DNA of 64,000 nucleotides. Source: Schmidtea nova. Lineage: Eukaryota. The DNA lies in assembly GCA_044892505.1 (NCBI GenBank), contig CM097884.1, forward strand, positions 19,096,001 through 19,160,000, in the 5' to 3' direction. The notes under the pieces were generated by a model. It was given only the letters and a program-made list of their open reading frames with translations, was not told where the DNA came from and did not search any database. This document shows, piece by piece, positions 1-10,580 of this stretch. The position numbers and the translations under genes were made by a program. How positions within the stretch are numbered: the first letter of the stretch is position 1; each line of letters begins with the position of its first letter.

Positions 1-3000
1 GATCCCCAATCGAGAACTCACGGTTTATTCTTGTCGAGTTGTTATATATCAATTTGTCTTCATTTAAGCGTAATTTTGAATCTATAATCTCTCTTCTTTC
101 GTTTTGTTCTTTCATATAATCACTCATTTCCATTTCGCCAAAAACTGTCGAAGGCCATTCTCTGTAAATTTTCTTGCCATAAACTACTTCTGCTGGACTG
201 AATCCAATTGTGCTTTGAATTGTTGAATTTAACATGAACTCTACTTCTGGTAATATATCGGCCCAATTACTGTTATGCATTTTATCTTTTATTGATATTT
301 GAATAGCATCTCTAATAGTTCTAAATTGTCTTTCAATCACGCCGTTTGCCGAATGATGATATGGGCTACTATATGTTATCTCCATTTTATGTGTTCCTGT
401 AAGTTTTTTTATTACGTTAGATTCAAACGCTTTTCCTTTATCAAAATATATCAATTTCGGTGCTCCAAATCTTAAAATCCAATTATCTTTAATTACCTTT
501 GCATTGGTATTTTCATCTTGTCTTGCTATAGCATTCAAAGAAATATATCGACTAAATTGATCAATTATTGCAAGAATGTATTTCTTTCCATTAACTGTCG
601 TTTTGAATGGCCCACAAATGTCTACAAATACAACTTCAAATAATTCTGGTATTCTATGTTTCATTATCGTTTCTTTCGTGCGTGTGGTAACAGATTTTCG
701 TTTTTGACATTGTTCACAACTTTGAACAACATTTTTAATATTTTCCATTTTGTTTTCCATATCAAATTTCTGTGATATATAGTCATTTACTTTCCTTACT
801 CCAGCATGACAAAGTGTACGATGCGTATATTCTATAAAATTTTTTACGTTGTCATTTGGTATCCATATTTTGTCTTTCATTGTTTTTATAACCTCATCTT
901 CAACTTTTAAGCCTAACTTTTCTTCGTCATTAATCTGTTTCTTTATAATTAATATATCTTTTGAATCCTTTTGCCATGTTGAACCATTGTCTCCTAGCAT
1001 GAGAGCTAATATTCTTGTCTTTAATCTCCCTTTCTTTGGTTCTTCGTGAATGGTCTGACATTGTACGCAAGTCACGCAGTCTTTCCTTGACAATGCATCA
1101 GCATTACTATGTAGGTCACCCTTTCTGTATTCCAATTTCATATCTAAACTACTTAAATGATTTATCCATGTTTGGAATTGTGGTGTTATTGGTTTTTTAG
1201 TTTTTATCATAAAAGTTATCGCTTTGTGGTCTGTTCTAATCCGAAATCGTTTACCATATAAATAGTGCTTAAAATGCAATGTAAAATAGTAAATTGCAAG
1301 AAGTTCTTTTCTAGTAATACAGTAACCTAATTCGTGGGTGTTCATCGCATGAGAGCCATAAGCTATCACTCTTTCATTTCCACTAGCATCTAACTGTGAT
1401 AATACCGCTCCTATTCTATCAAAACTGGCATCGGTATCTAAAATGAATTCTTTCGAAAAATCAGGAAATGCCAAAATCGGGGATAACATTAATTTTTCTT
1501 TAAGGTTTTGAAAAGCTATTTCACATTCATCTGTCCAAATCAATTTCGTTTGGTTGCTTCCGCAAAGTTTTTCTAGGTCTTTTGAATATTTCGAATAATT
1601 TTCTATGAATTGTCTATAATAATTAGTTAAACCAAGGAAGCTCCTTAACTTCTTCAAACATTTTGGTCTCTCGTATTGTTTAATTGCCTCCAATTTGCTA
1701 TCATCTGTTCTTATACCATTTTTGTTAATAATGTGTCCTAAAAATTTGATTTCTTCTTTCATGAAGTTGCACTTATTCATACTCAATTTTAATCCAGCTT
1801 CTTTTATTCGATTTAGAACATTTCTAACTCTCCTAATGTGCTCTTCTTTTGTAGGAGAAAAAATTAATATATCATCTAGATATACAACAGCTTCTTTCCA
1901 GTTTAAAGGTCCTAGTACCCTGTTCATTAATTTCTGAAATGTTGCAGGTGCTGCTGCGATTCCAAAGGGCATACGATTAAAGCAATATTGTTCGTTCTTT
2001 GTTGAGAATGCGGTTTTTATCTTTGAAAGTTCATCTAATTCTACTTGGTAAAAAGCATTACCTAAATCTAAAGTAGTAAAATAAATTGATCCATTTAATA
2101 TATCCATCATTTCTTCGGAGCTTGGTATTGGAAAAATCGGTCTTTCGGTTACTAAATTTAATGCCCGAAAATCTAAACAGATGCGGATATCATCTTTACC
2201 TTTCTTTTTTACACATACAAGAGGAGAGTTCCATGCAGATTCACATTTCTCGATAATTCCATACTTTTCCATCTCTTTTATATTTTGATCTATTTGCTCT
2301 ATCAAATGTATTGGTTGGCGACGTGGATTTATTACCACCGGTGGTCCTTCAGTATTAATGTTATGTTTAATTAACGTTGTTAAACCAATATCCCATTTAT
2401 GTTTCATAAATATTGGATCGAATTCTTTCAAAATATTTTGAATTTCATGATCTAACGTTAGAACATTATTTTGATTAGTATTTTCCTCAATGTAAGCAAT
2501 CTCATCTTTATTTTTATTTTTCCGTAAAAATATCTCGAATTTATTTAAAAAGTTGATTCCTCCAATCATTTTTGGTATTACTCCATTTGTTACGTAAAAA
2601 CTATTATTTTAGAAGAATTCCCTAGATTTACTTTTATCATTGCTTTTCCAATAACCTTAATCGGGCTCCCATTTGCACATTTCACTTCTATATCACTTTT
2701 GTCTATTTTAATTTCTCTAATGTTTTTTATTATTTCATATTCAATCACACTTATCTTTGCACCAGTATCTAACATACACCTGATTATATTATTATTAATT
2801 TCTACTTCCACACTGGGCCTACCACCCATATAATTATACGTTATACTTGACCTATTGAAGTCTTTAATAACACAAATTTCAGTACCTATTCTATTAGTTT
2901 GATTATTGTCCTTTAGACGTGATACTTTATTTATATTGTTATAAAAATTATTATTATTATTCAAATTATCTACAATTACATTACATTCATTAAAATCAAT

Positions 3001-3107
3001 ATCATTCACACAATCACAATCATTAAATTCCATACATACATTGCTCAAAATATTACTTACATTTAATTTATTGCTCCAACCACTTCTCCTTGTGATGGAG
3101 CATATCC
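1..3107 (-). CDS. pol: pol polyprotein (PR-RT-RH-IN), entered by -1 frameshift; one 1-nt frameshift at about 2597; partial at window edge
   Basis: The -1 frame is open from the slippery site through the protease ORF 2590..3048. After a 1-nt shift in a T5 run (IIVF|YVTNGVIPKMIGG) the frame is open with no stop to position 1 (FNRMPFGIAAAPATFQ, VVYLDDILIF, FILDTDASF, HRTLCHAG, SPYHHSANGVIER). The ORF track omits it, presumably because it lacks a stop in the window. Confidence 0.9.
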
Positions 3108-4118
3108 GTTTGGGTCATCCTCTTTTATTGATCGTTCGTAGTCCTCTCCGATTATCGCAACGTGTCGATTTTTCTGGAATCGGTTCTCTGTCGACACATC
3201 ATAGCATTGGTACTTGAAATGGCCTCTCTTGTGGCAATGACTGCATTGTACATTTGGACATTCAGATCGTATGTGTCCTTCTTCTCTACATGCCCAACAC
3301 TTCCTGTGTCTTGCATCTGTTCTTGAATTTCTGTAGTTATCTCTATTTTGGTTATAATAATTGTTGTCGCTTCTTTGTTGTCGGTTATTGAATGTTCTAT
3401 CATTGTTGAATAGGGGTTTATATTCTTGTTTTCTAAATTTATCTTGATCTGGCTGATGCCACCTTTGTTGAAATTCGGATTCTTGCCTTGTACCGTCTCT
3501 GTATTTCATTTTTGAATCGAAACGATTCCCATTATTTCGTTGCCATGATTGACCAGATCTTATATTGGCTACATTTGCATATGTGTTCTTCTTTTGTATT
3601 ACGGCTACACTTTCTGCTTCGATTTCTTTCTTGACCTCATCGTTTCTCGTTATTCTTACTTTGATTTCTTCGAATGTAGACAAACCTTGCATCTTTAAAT
3701 CTTTCTTTAATTCTTGATCGTCTAATGCATTTTGAATCAGGAAAATTTTCAAATCTTCTTCTTGAAGTTTGTGACGTAATATATTCTTTGCTAATCTTTC
3801 AACTTTTCTAAAGAATTCGGCTGTTGTATCTTCTCCTCGGCGATAAGATAACGCCTTATTTAAGTCGTTTCCTAAATTACTCGGACTTGTAAACGCTGAT
3901 TGCATTCTCGTTTTATAATTTTCTTCGTGTTCTGTTTCCTCATATTTTCTTGTTGCTTCTATTGATAAAAAAGCTTTGACAAAAATACCTCTGTGTTCTT
4001 CGGCCGTCTGAGTCAATTCAAAAAATCTTTCTGTTTCTTCAATAAATTTGTCGATATCATTTCCTATCTCAAATATTTCTGGAGGTCTGATAAATTGTAA
4101 CATTGGCGTGGTCGCCAT
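3063..4118 (-). CDS. gag: gag with two CCHC zinc knuckles
   Basis: ORF 3063..4148 contains CWACREEGHIRSEC and CSHCHKRGHFKYQC. The first ATG at or after the LTR end is at 4118 (MATTPMLQF) and overlaps the PBS; the alternative start is 4103. Confidence 0.9.
   Translation of the reverse strand: MATTPMLQFIRPPEIFEIGNDIDKFIEETERFFELTQTAEEHRGIFVKAFLSIEATRKYEETEHEENYKTRMQSAFTSPSNLGNDLNKALSYRRGEDTTAEFFRKVERLAKNILRHKLQEEDLKIFLIQNALDDQELKKDLKMQGLSTFEEIKVRITRNDEVKKEIEAESVAVIQKKNTYANVANIRSGQSWQRNNGNRFDSKMKYRDGTRQESEFQQRWHQPDQDKFRKQEYKPLFNNDRTFNNRQQRSDNNYYNQNRDNYRNSRTDARHRKCWACREEGHIRSECPNVQCSHCHKRGHFKYQCYDVSTENRFQKNRHVAIIGEDYERSIKEDDPNGYAPSQGEVVGAIN
3072..3114 (-). promoter_or_regulatory. -1 ribosomal frameshift signal of Gypsy element 1
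   Basis: Slippery heptamer C CCA AAC (3114-3108) in the gag frame, 5-nt spacer, then hairpin TGCTCCA...TGGAGCA (3102-3072). The -1 frame is open from there into the protease. Confidence 0.8.
4105..4117 (-). promoter_or_regulatory. primer binding site TGGCGACCACGCC (probably tRNA-Arg)
   Basis: TGG-starting 13-mer directly after the LTR, identical to the 13-mer after the 5' LTR of element 2 (38603-38615). From memory, the first 11 nt complement the 3' end of a metazoan tRNA-Arg(UCG); not verified. Confidence 0.7.
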
Positions 4119-4349
4119 ATTAGGTTGATTATTAATTTTCTTATACATAAATTGAAAACACGCTTTCGTTCAAAAATATATATTATTAAAACAAATATTT
4201 TTCTTTTTTTTAATTATCTTGGAGAATATATATATTAATATAAATAATACTTTGAGCAATTTCAACATTCATACACAACATATACATACTGTTACACTCA
4301 TACTGATTTTTATAATATATAATTAATTTATCAATTTCATCTCACAACT
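4118..4349 (-). repeat. 5' LTR of Gypsy element 1 (about 230 bp)
   Basis: Begins AGTT at 4349, exactly where hAT transposase sequence resumes, and ends at the PBS. The partner LTR is outside the window, so the 3' boundary is inferred. Confidence 0.7.
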
Positions 4350-5688
4350 ATCATTTTTGAGATTTGTTCAAGGAGAAATGATTGTGAGTGATTATTTCTT
4401 TTGTCAAAAATTGAAACAAACAACAACTGGCGAGAACATTTTTGAAATAGTCGATGCAAATGTAAGGAAAAAACATTTGAAATGGGAAAATTGTGTTATT
4501 GTATGAGCAGATGGAGCTCCTGCCATGCAAGGCAGCAAAAAAGGATTCGTTTCTCACGTTGTCAAGAAAAATAAAAACGTCAAAATTGTTCATTGCATGA
4601 TCCACAGAGAAGTTCTGGTTTTAAAAACTCTTCCTTCAATTCTCAAAGATACTTTTTATGAAGTCGTCAGCGTGGTTAATTATATAAAAGCGAATACTCT
4701 TCGATCAAGAATCTTTGCAGCTTTATGCGAAGCAATGGATTCGGATTACAAAACTTTGCTTTATCACACCGAAGTTCGATGGCTGTCAAAAAAAAGTTTT
4801 GAATCGATTTCTGTTTATGAAAGTTAAAATTGTTTAATTCATCGATGCCGAAGAAGTTGATTTTTCATTCCTGAAAGAAGATATTTGGTGGTTACGAGTT
4901 TCTTTTTTGAGTGATATTTTCGACAAACTTAATGATTTAAATTTGAAATTGCAAGGAGCTCAAGAAAAATTTATCACTATCTTCGGCAAGTTGAAAGGAT
5001 TTGAGGAAAAACTGAAATTGTGGAGTCTAAAAGTTGGCAAATCAATCTTTTGATCCTTTCTGACTGTTGACTCGGTTCCTTCAAAGATTCAGATCAAACA
5101 AGAAATCGGATATACTTTGAAATCTTTGTCACAATCATTTCTTAAGTACATTCCCAATCTCAACGGCCTGAAATGGAATGGGTTGTCAACCCATTTGCGA
5201 AGTGTGAAGCCATCAATCTTGAAGAGGGGCTTGAGGAAAATCTGATTGATTTGAGAAATGATTTGGTTTTCAAAAGAATCTTTGCAGAAAAAGAGCTGTC
5301 TGAGTTCTGGATATCTTTAAACAACACATTTCCACGATTGAGCAGCAAAGCAATATAATTATTGTTGCCATTTGGAAGCTCTTATCTTTGCGATCAGGGC
5401 TTTTCCATACTCACAGAAATGAAGTCAAAAAAGCGTGAGAGACTACAAATGATCGATAAAGAAATGCGTGTTTGTCTTTCGAAAATTGAGCCTCGCATCA
5501 ACCATATCTGCGTGAAAAAGCAATCTCAAATTTCACATTGAACAAAAATAAAATTTAATTGTATTTGATTCATTGCTTGTAAATAAAAATTTATTCTAAG
5601 ATTTTCAACTGTTGATCTTTTATATAGGGTTGCCTCGAAAAAAAAATTGGCTTAGGGTGTCGCTATGCGAAAAGGTTGCCCGATACTG
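4350..5688 (+). pseudogene. hAT (Buster/Charlie/SPIN-like) transposon, 3' half, interrupted by Gypsy element 1
   Basis: DGAPAMQG...HCMIHRE...LLYHTEVRWLS...LLPFGSSYLCDQGFS motifs with several stops and frameshifts; ends HICVKKQSQISH* at 5541. Terminal ...GATACTG at 5688 is followed by TTTTAAAC, which fits the nnnTAnnn Buster target site. Confidence 0.85.
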
Positions 5689-5947
5689 TTTTAAACTGCA
5701 GAAAAACTTAGAAAGTTTGGTCAAATTAATTTACAAAACTAAAAAATTAAACTTGAGTTAATATAAATATTTTTCTTTCTCAATAAACTTAAAAAATTTA
5801 GTCAATTTAGCTATTTTAAATTAAATAAAAAATTTTCTTAAACAATTTATTAAAAGCTAAATTATAATTTCCATGTGCTTTTTTTATGAAATAAATGGTG
5901 AAAAATATAAATCAAGATATAAAATAAAAAACCAAAATAAAAATACC

Positions 5948-6467
5948 CAGCGCCGTGCTGTAACTTTTGGGGGCCCTGTGCAGAAACTAAAGAAAAATTT
6001 TTTTTAATTTTTTATTGATTTTATTTAAAAAAATAATACAAAGCAATTATAAAGTAATTTTTCTAGCTTTTTTGCTGGCAAATTCATTAATTATATCATT
6101 GTAATCAATTGCTCTGGCTGTTGCATTTCCAATCGGCAGTATTGCCAATCCAGGAAGTCTTTCCTGTGACATTGTAGACCGTAGATAATTTTCAATTAAT
6201 TTTAGTTTTGAAAACGATCGTTCACAATGAGCAAAGGTAAAATGGGTACTGTTAAAATTATTCGATATATGATACATACATTTGGATCTAATTCTTCCAA
6301 ACTTCTTTCTAAAATGTATTCCAAATTCTCCATAATAGTATAATTATCTTCTTAAATATATTTTTGCTAATGAAGAAGTTTTTCCAATGTATTTAATATT
6401 TGGGAGCCCCTCAAAAATAGGGGCCCAGTGCCATTGCACTTGTTGCACTTGCGATAGTACGGCGCTG
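5948..6467 (-). mobile_element. non-autonomous hAT deletion derivative (520 bp)
   Basis: TIRs CAGCGCCGTGCT / CAGCGCCGTACT (reverse complement); perfect 8-bp TSD AAAATACC (5940-5947, 6468-6475). Carries a hAT C-terminal dimerisation remnant, ERSFSKLKLIENYLRSTM (6047..6277). Confidence 0.92.
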
Positions 6468-7135
6468 AAAATACCCATTCGAAATTGTTTGAAAAAATGA
6501 TGAATTTTGATGAACAAGGCATTATGGTCAATAATATTCACTCCATCATTTTGAATATTCTTAACATTATTTGTAAACCAATTTTCTATGAACTTATAAT
6601 TAAATCACAGTTATGTCCGCGTCATGTTGAGAGGTATTTATTATTTTATTTTCATTTCACTACCTTTGTCAAATGATTTTGAACACTCAAGAAAGCATTA
6701 CCAAGAATTTGTGATAAATATTAAATAATGGTCTCTAGTCGAAAAAGAAATTAAGATGTTATTAATGTTCATACTTGATATTTGTCTTATACCGTTAATA
6801 ATGACATGGTGAATAAAGAATTTAAATGTAGCTGGTAATTTAATATTTTAACTTGATATCCTATTTGATTCGTACCCTATTCAAATAAAATCATAGTACT
6901 CTAATGATAATTACCATAAGGAATTATATTGAGGCATCGACGATAAAAGGTAGGATTTTATGTTGATTGTATAATGAACTTTTGCAATAATTTTTAATAT
7001 TCCTATAATTTAAATGCAAAATTTATTATAGTATGTAAAATTTATTTATAAAATTTGATTGCTTTTTATTAATTTTTTTGTTTTTATTATGTTTTATTTA
7101 TTTAAAACTTTAATATATAATTATTCTTCTAACTG

Positions 7136-7262
7136 TCATAATTATCTTTTTGTTTCACCTTTGATCTTTTTTTATATTAATATCAATAATTCCCATAATG
7201 GTAAGACTATAGATCAAAATTTCTTTAAACAAGTACACAATATTTCGGCACAGCATTATCAA
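7136..7262 (-). mobile_element. Penelope pseudo-LTR/terminal fragment next to a gap
   Basis: Reverse complement matches 44852-44975 (ttgataa..gctgtgccgaaatattgtgt...gataattatga). Confidence 0.8.
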
Positions 7263-8165
7263 NNNNNNNNNNNNNNNNNNNNNNNNNNNNNNNNNNNNNN
7301 NNNNNNNNNNNNNNNNNNNNNNNNNNNNNNNNNNNNNNNNNNNNNNNNNNNNNNNNNNNNNNNNNNNNNNNNNNNNNNNNNNNNNNNNNNNNNNNNNNNN
7401 NNNNNNNNNNNNNNNNNNNNNNNNNNNNNNNNNNNNNNNNNNNNNNNNNNNNNNNNNNNNNNNNNNNNNNNNNNNNNNNNNNNNNNNNNNNNNNNNNNNN
7501 NNNNNNNNNNNNNNNNNNNNNNNNNNNAAAACATTTTTAATTCCTATAAAAATGAGTTGTAAATTTATGCACATTAATTTACATTATTATTTAATGAATT
7601 TTGAAAGGCAAAGCTATTGATTTATTGCAATTAATTTCTTTCAAAATTTGTTTAATCACGTGGTCATACACGAAATTATTTTTATTTTTGTAAGTTAGAT
7701 TTCTACATAACATATATTTGTTTTTGTAATTATTTTAAATTAAAATGAATTATTTATATTTCAAAATTGATGAAATTTTCATATTTTCAAACAATTCAAA
7801 TGAAATTGAAATTAGCACAACATAATCTGAAAGAAATATTTGTACCATTTCATGTTTCCGTACTTGACCATGAACATTATTAGACAGCACAGAAAGCCAT
7901 CATTAATCTTTATTTCTCTGTTACCTTTATTTGACCAAAACGTTTATCTTCAAAAATGAGTTTCTTTGGCTTAGATTCTTTATTTTCTTATTTATAAAAA
8001 TAATTTTATTTCCAATATTTAAATGATATTGTTGCTCGATGAATTTTTTGCTAAATCGATAAATATCTATAATTTAGGGCATTGCTCTATAAATATTTAT
8101 AAGGGCCCCGTCCCCCTTCAAGTTAGTCTTAAAATCTTTGGCACCTTCTATGAGAGTTCCCGATA

Positions 8166-10047
8166 ATGAAGAGTCGGGGGGCAAAAAACTCGTCCACCTA
8201 CGGCGGACATTCAGGAGGTAAACTTACAAGCAACTGAAAGGAAAGAATTATTCGGTTTTGAGAAAAACCCCAGATATCGTAACATCAATAAAATTAACAC
8301 TAATCAACCAAATACTCCTTCAATACCAACATCAACATCAAATTCCCAATCATCTTCATTTGTCACATCTACTCCCATTGTCCCATCAAAATCAACTATC
8401 CTGTCAACTTCAACTGTCCCATTAACATCAACTATCCCATCAACATCAACTGTACCATCAACATCAACTATCCCATCAACATCAATTATCCCATCAACAT
8501 CAATTGTCCCGACATCCTCAAAAGTCCTATCAACTTCAAATGTCCCATCAACTTCAATTGCCCCATCAACTTCAATTGCCCCATCAACTTCAATTGATCC
8601 ATTAACATCAATTGTCCCATCAACATCAACATCAACTGACCCTTCAACATCTACTACTCCTACAACTTCTACTGCTCCTTCAACCTTAACTACTCCTTAT
8701 TATCTTCTCTTTCAACACTTATCTTCTTTATCTGCTCTCTCAACACCAACTGCACCTTCAACATCAAATACTCCCACAACGTCGAATACTCCTTCAACAT
8801 CTACTGTGCCTTCAACATCTACTGCTCCCTCAACCTCTACTGCTCCTTCAACATCAAGCGCTTCTTCAACATCAAATGCCCCTACATCCTCAGAAGATAC
8901 CTCAACACCAAAAAACACCTCAACACCAAATGCCCCTTCAACATCAAAAGCTCCTTCAACATCAAATACTTCTCCTACATCTAATGCTTCTCCTACATCT
9001 TATGCTTCTCCTACATCAAATGCTTCCTCAACATCAAATGCTTCTTCAACACCAAAGGCTCATCCAACTTCAATCACTCCTTCAACATCTACTGTGCCTA
9101 CAATATCTACTGCTCCCTCAACCTCTACTGCTCCCCCAACATCCACTAATCCTGCAACATCTACTAATCGCTCAACATATAAACAACCAAAAAATATCTT
9201 CATCTTCGGTTCTACACCCTCAAATCCTACAAATCTTTCATGTAACACTAATACCCACAAATACAACACCAGATTGAATACTAAAATTATCACTCTCCCA
9301 GATGAAGAACAGACCGCTTCCTATTACAGAACTTATAATCCAACACCCTCCGAAAAAAGAAAGCCATTAGAAATATTTAAAATCATCCATAAAACTCTAA
9401 TTTTCTGGGATATCTTTAACAAAAATAAAAAACTCACCACTAAGGATATTTACTTGATGAATGAACCAACAATTGAAGACCTGATAAATCACTATATCAT
9501 TTTTTTCTCTTCCCCTCCATTTCACCTAGATAAATCAAAAACATTCCAAGTTATTCATAATGATATATACAACTGGCTCCCTGCCCTAGAAAAATGTGGA
9601 ATCACAGACTACCTTATGCTTTGCAACTTATCAACAAACGACATGAATAAACTTAATTTTGAATACGACAATGAAAGTACCCAATCACAAAAAGACCTCA
9701 GTGAATTTGCAGAAAAATCCATGTTCAAAACTACCCAAAAACCTAAAGAGAAAATTTATGCATCAGTTAGCATTATAGACCTTATGTATGACATCTCCAA
9801 ATTGAAAAATATAATGATTGATAATGAAGAAGAAAGACTTTCAATATCATACTGCAAACCTTCCACTTGGTTCCCTCTCTTATGCATCTACGGTGACGAC
9901 TACCAAGAGCTCCTGGAAATATCAAATTCTGAACTCATTAAAATGCTGATTAAAGCCCAAACCTTTCATAGAGAAAGTCATTTTGTATCAATAGACCCTA
10001 CAGAAGATGACCTAGATAAAATTATGAGTGCATACTCCCTGCTCTAA
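8166..10047 (+). CDS. orphan intronless ORF: Pro/Ser/Thr 6-aa (18-nt) repeats plus about 270-aa unknown C-terminal domain
   Basis: Frame 1 is open from 8170 to TAA at 10045-10047 (about 625 codons; the ORF track starts only at GTG 8806). The nearest ATG (8166) needs a 1-nt deletion in the G6/A6 run to join the frame (MKSRGQKTRPP...). Strong A/C strand bias. Confidence 0.6.
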
Positions 10048-10385
10048 GATTCACACCTGCTCAATATTCTCAATCTCCCAATCAATACTCTCCTCCTGAA
10101 TCCAATCTCCTACTCTAAGATTCACACCTGCTCGATTCTCTCAATCTCCCAATCAATAGTCGATCCTACTCACACCAATCCACAACATGTATACCGAAAC
10201 AAACTACAACCTCCTGCTCTAAGATTCACACCTGCTCAATATTCTCAATCTCTCAATCAATAATCGATCCTACTCACACCAATCCACTACATGTATACCG
10301 AAACAAACTATAACCTCCTGCTCTAAGATTCACACCTGTTCAATATCCTCAATCTTCCAATCAAACACTCTCCTCCTGATCCAAC
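10040..10385 (+). repeat. 3'-UTR tandem repeat, four units (spacing 71, 104, 104 bp)
   Basis: CTCTAAGATTCACACCTG recurs at about 10042, 10113, 10217 and 10321; the first copy contains the ORF stop codon. Confidence 0.9.
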
Positions 10386-10522
10386 AATCCAGTGTCCCTA
10401 AACCAGACATTGGCCAGAAGTTAAAGTAAAAGCTAAAATAAGCTGGATTTAAAGTCTCTGCCCTCAGGGGTGGGACTCGTTCGCCTGTCTCCTCGGAGCA
10501 GAAGTTTTTTTTTAAATAAAAT

Positions 10523-10580
10523 TTGTAGGCCCACTTATCAGGGTGGGTCGCCTTATAAAAAAAAAAAAAAAAAAAAAAAA
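10523..10580 (+). other. 3' stem-loop followed by a 24-nt poly(A) tail
   Basis: AGGCCCAC-ttatcagg-GTGGGT-cGCCT can fold back; A-run at 10557-10580. Confidence 0.65.

Larger units (their letters stand above)
1..4349 (-). mobile_element. Ty3/Gypsy LTR retrotransposon (element 1), 3' part runs off the window start
   Basis: Order on the - strand is LTR - PBS - gag (two CCHC knuckles) - protease (LDTGA) - RT (YLDD at 1871-1882) - RNase H (DTDAS) - integrase (H-x4-H...C-x2-C, D..D..E), i.e. Gypsy domain order. Manually translated. Confidence 0.95.

Noticed and set aside
7956-7997. ATG AGT TTC TTT GGC (MSFFG), like the VPS26 N-terminus
   Set aside because: No splice donor follows and the frame stops after 13 codons.
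6475-8000. Exon-like pieces on the - strand (also 10900-11530)
   Set aside because: Could not be joined into a coherent frame or recognised protein.
9880-9905. YGDD (LCIYGDDY) in the orphan ORF, resembling RdRp/RT motif C
   Set aside because: No convincing motif A or B upstream and only about 45 aa follow; probably chance.
8340-10385. Regular repeats considered as a CRISPR-like array
   Set aside because: They are coding 18-nt repeats and tandem units without unique spacers, in a eukaryotic context.
10455-10505. HDV-like TCCTCG loop in the orphan 3' end
   Set aside because: No GG J1/4, P4 or P2' elements, and P1 does not start with a purine.
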